Position numbers and translations under genes: made by a program. The notes below the pieces were generated by a model. It did not search any database. It saw nothing but the letters and a program-made list of their open reading frames with translations, and was not told the origin of the DNA. Below are positions 63,665 to 64,000 of a DNA stretch of 64,000 nt, piece by piece. The stretch comes from Tricharina praecox (Eukaryota): the NCBI RefSeq assembly GCF_024521635.1, contig NW_026250411.1, positions 434,001-498,000 of the forward strand, in the 5' to 3' direction. How positions within the stretch are numbered: position 1 is the stretch's first letter; the number at the start of each line of letters is the position of its first letter.

Positions 63665-64000
63665 GGCCCTAAGGAGCCGAATCGTCTGGACTCTTCAGCC
63701 GGTGCTATCAACACCTGCGGTGGTAGATACCGAAAGTACGTGGTCCCAGCGGGAATGTAGAAGGAATGAATGAGGAGTGGGCCAGGACCAAACATCATCT
63801 CTCGCTCGTAAGAGATTACTTCTCGTCCCTTTCGATCGAGTGTCGTGATGGTCCACTAGATCTTCACACCACAAATGGACACTCTGGCATAGGTAGGCCC
63901 AAGCTTCTCACCGCAAACGGACGTCTCAGACCATCCATCGCGGAGAGAATGGAACGTCTAATATCCCATCCCAGCAGTGAGATGAACCTGGGTAGGTACT

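Overview
Eukaryotic DNA from a filamentous ascomycete: short GT-AG introns with CTRAC/GCTRAT branch sites, and no operons or CRISPR arrays. I reconstructed about 15 spliced protein-coding genes by hand. They are a Pom1/DYRK2-type kinase, a Pex24/28/29-family peroxin, a PTH11-like membrane protein, a YicI-type GH31 alpha-xylosidase, a group of small secreted or unusual proteins at 26-33 kb (Thr-rich CBM-like protein, retropepsin-like protein lacking its catalytic Asp, 6-exon cutinase, 82-aa secreted peptide, Kre1-like protein), an AKR7-type aldo-keto reductase, an NAD kinase, a repeat-rich ankyrin protein, a Yox1-like homeodomain protein with Cys at position 50, and a Ypp1/Rhf1 TPR protein. A 6-kb nucleotidyltransferase-fold/ankyrin gene is pseudogenised by stops, frameshifts and micro-duplications. 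Two RNA genes are present: an SRP RNA (minus, about 33466-33736) and tRNA-Lys(CTT). Beside the tRNA lies a duplicated mosaic unit in which one copy carries fragments of a Ty3/gypsy integrase and a GH18 chitinase. All family assignments come from motif recognition by eye; no database search was run.
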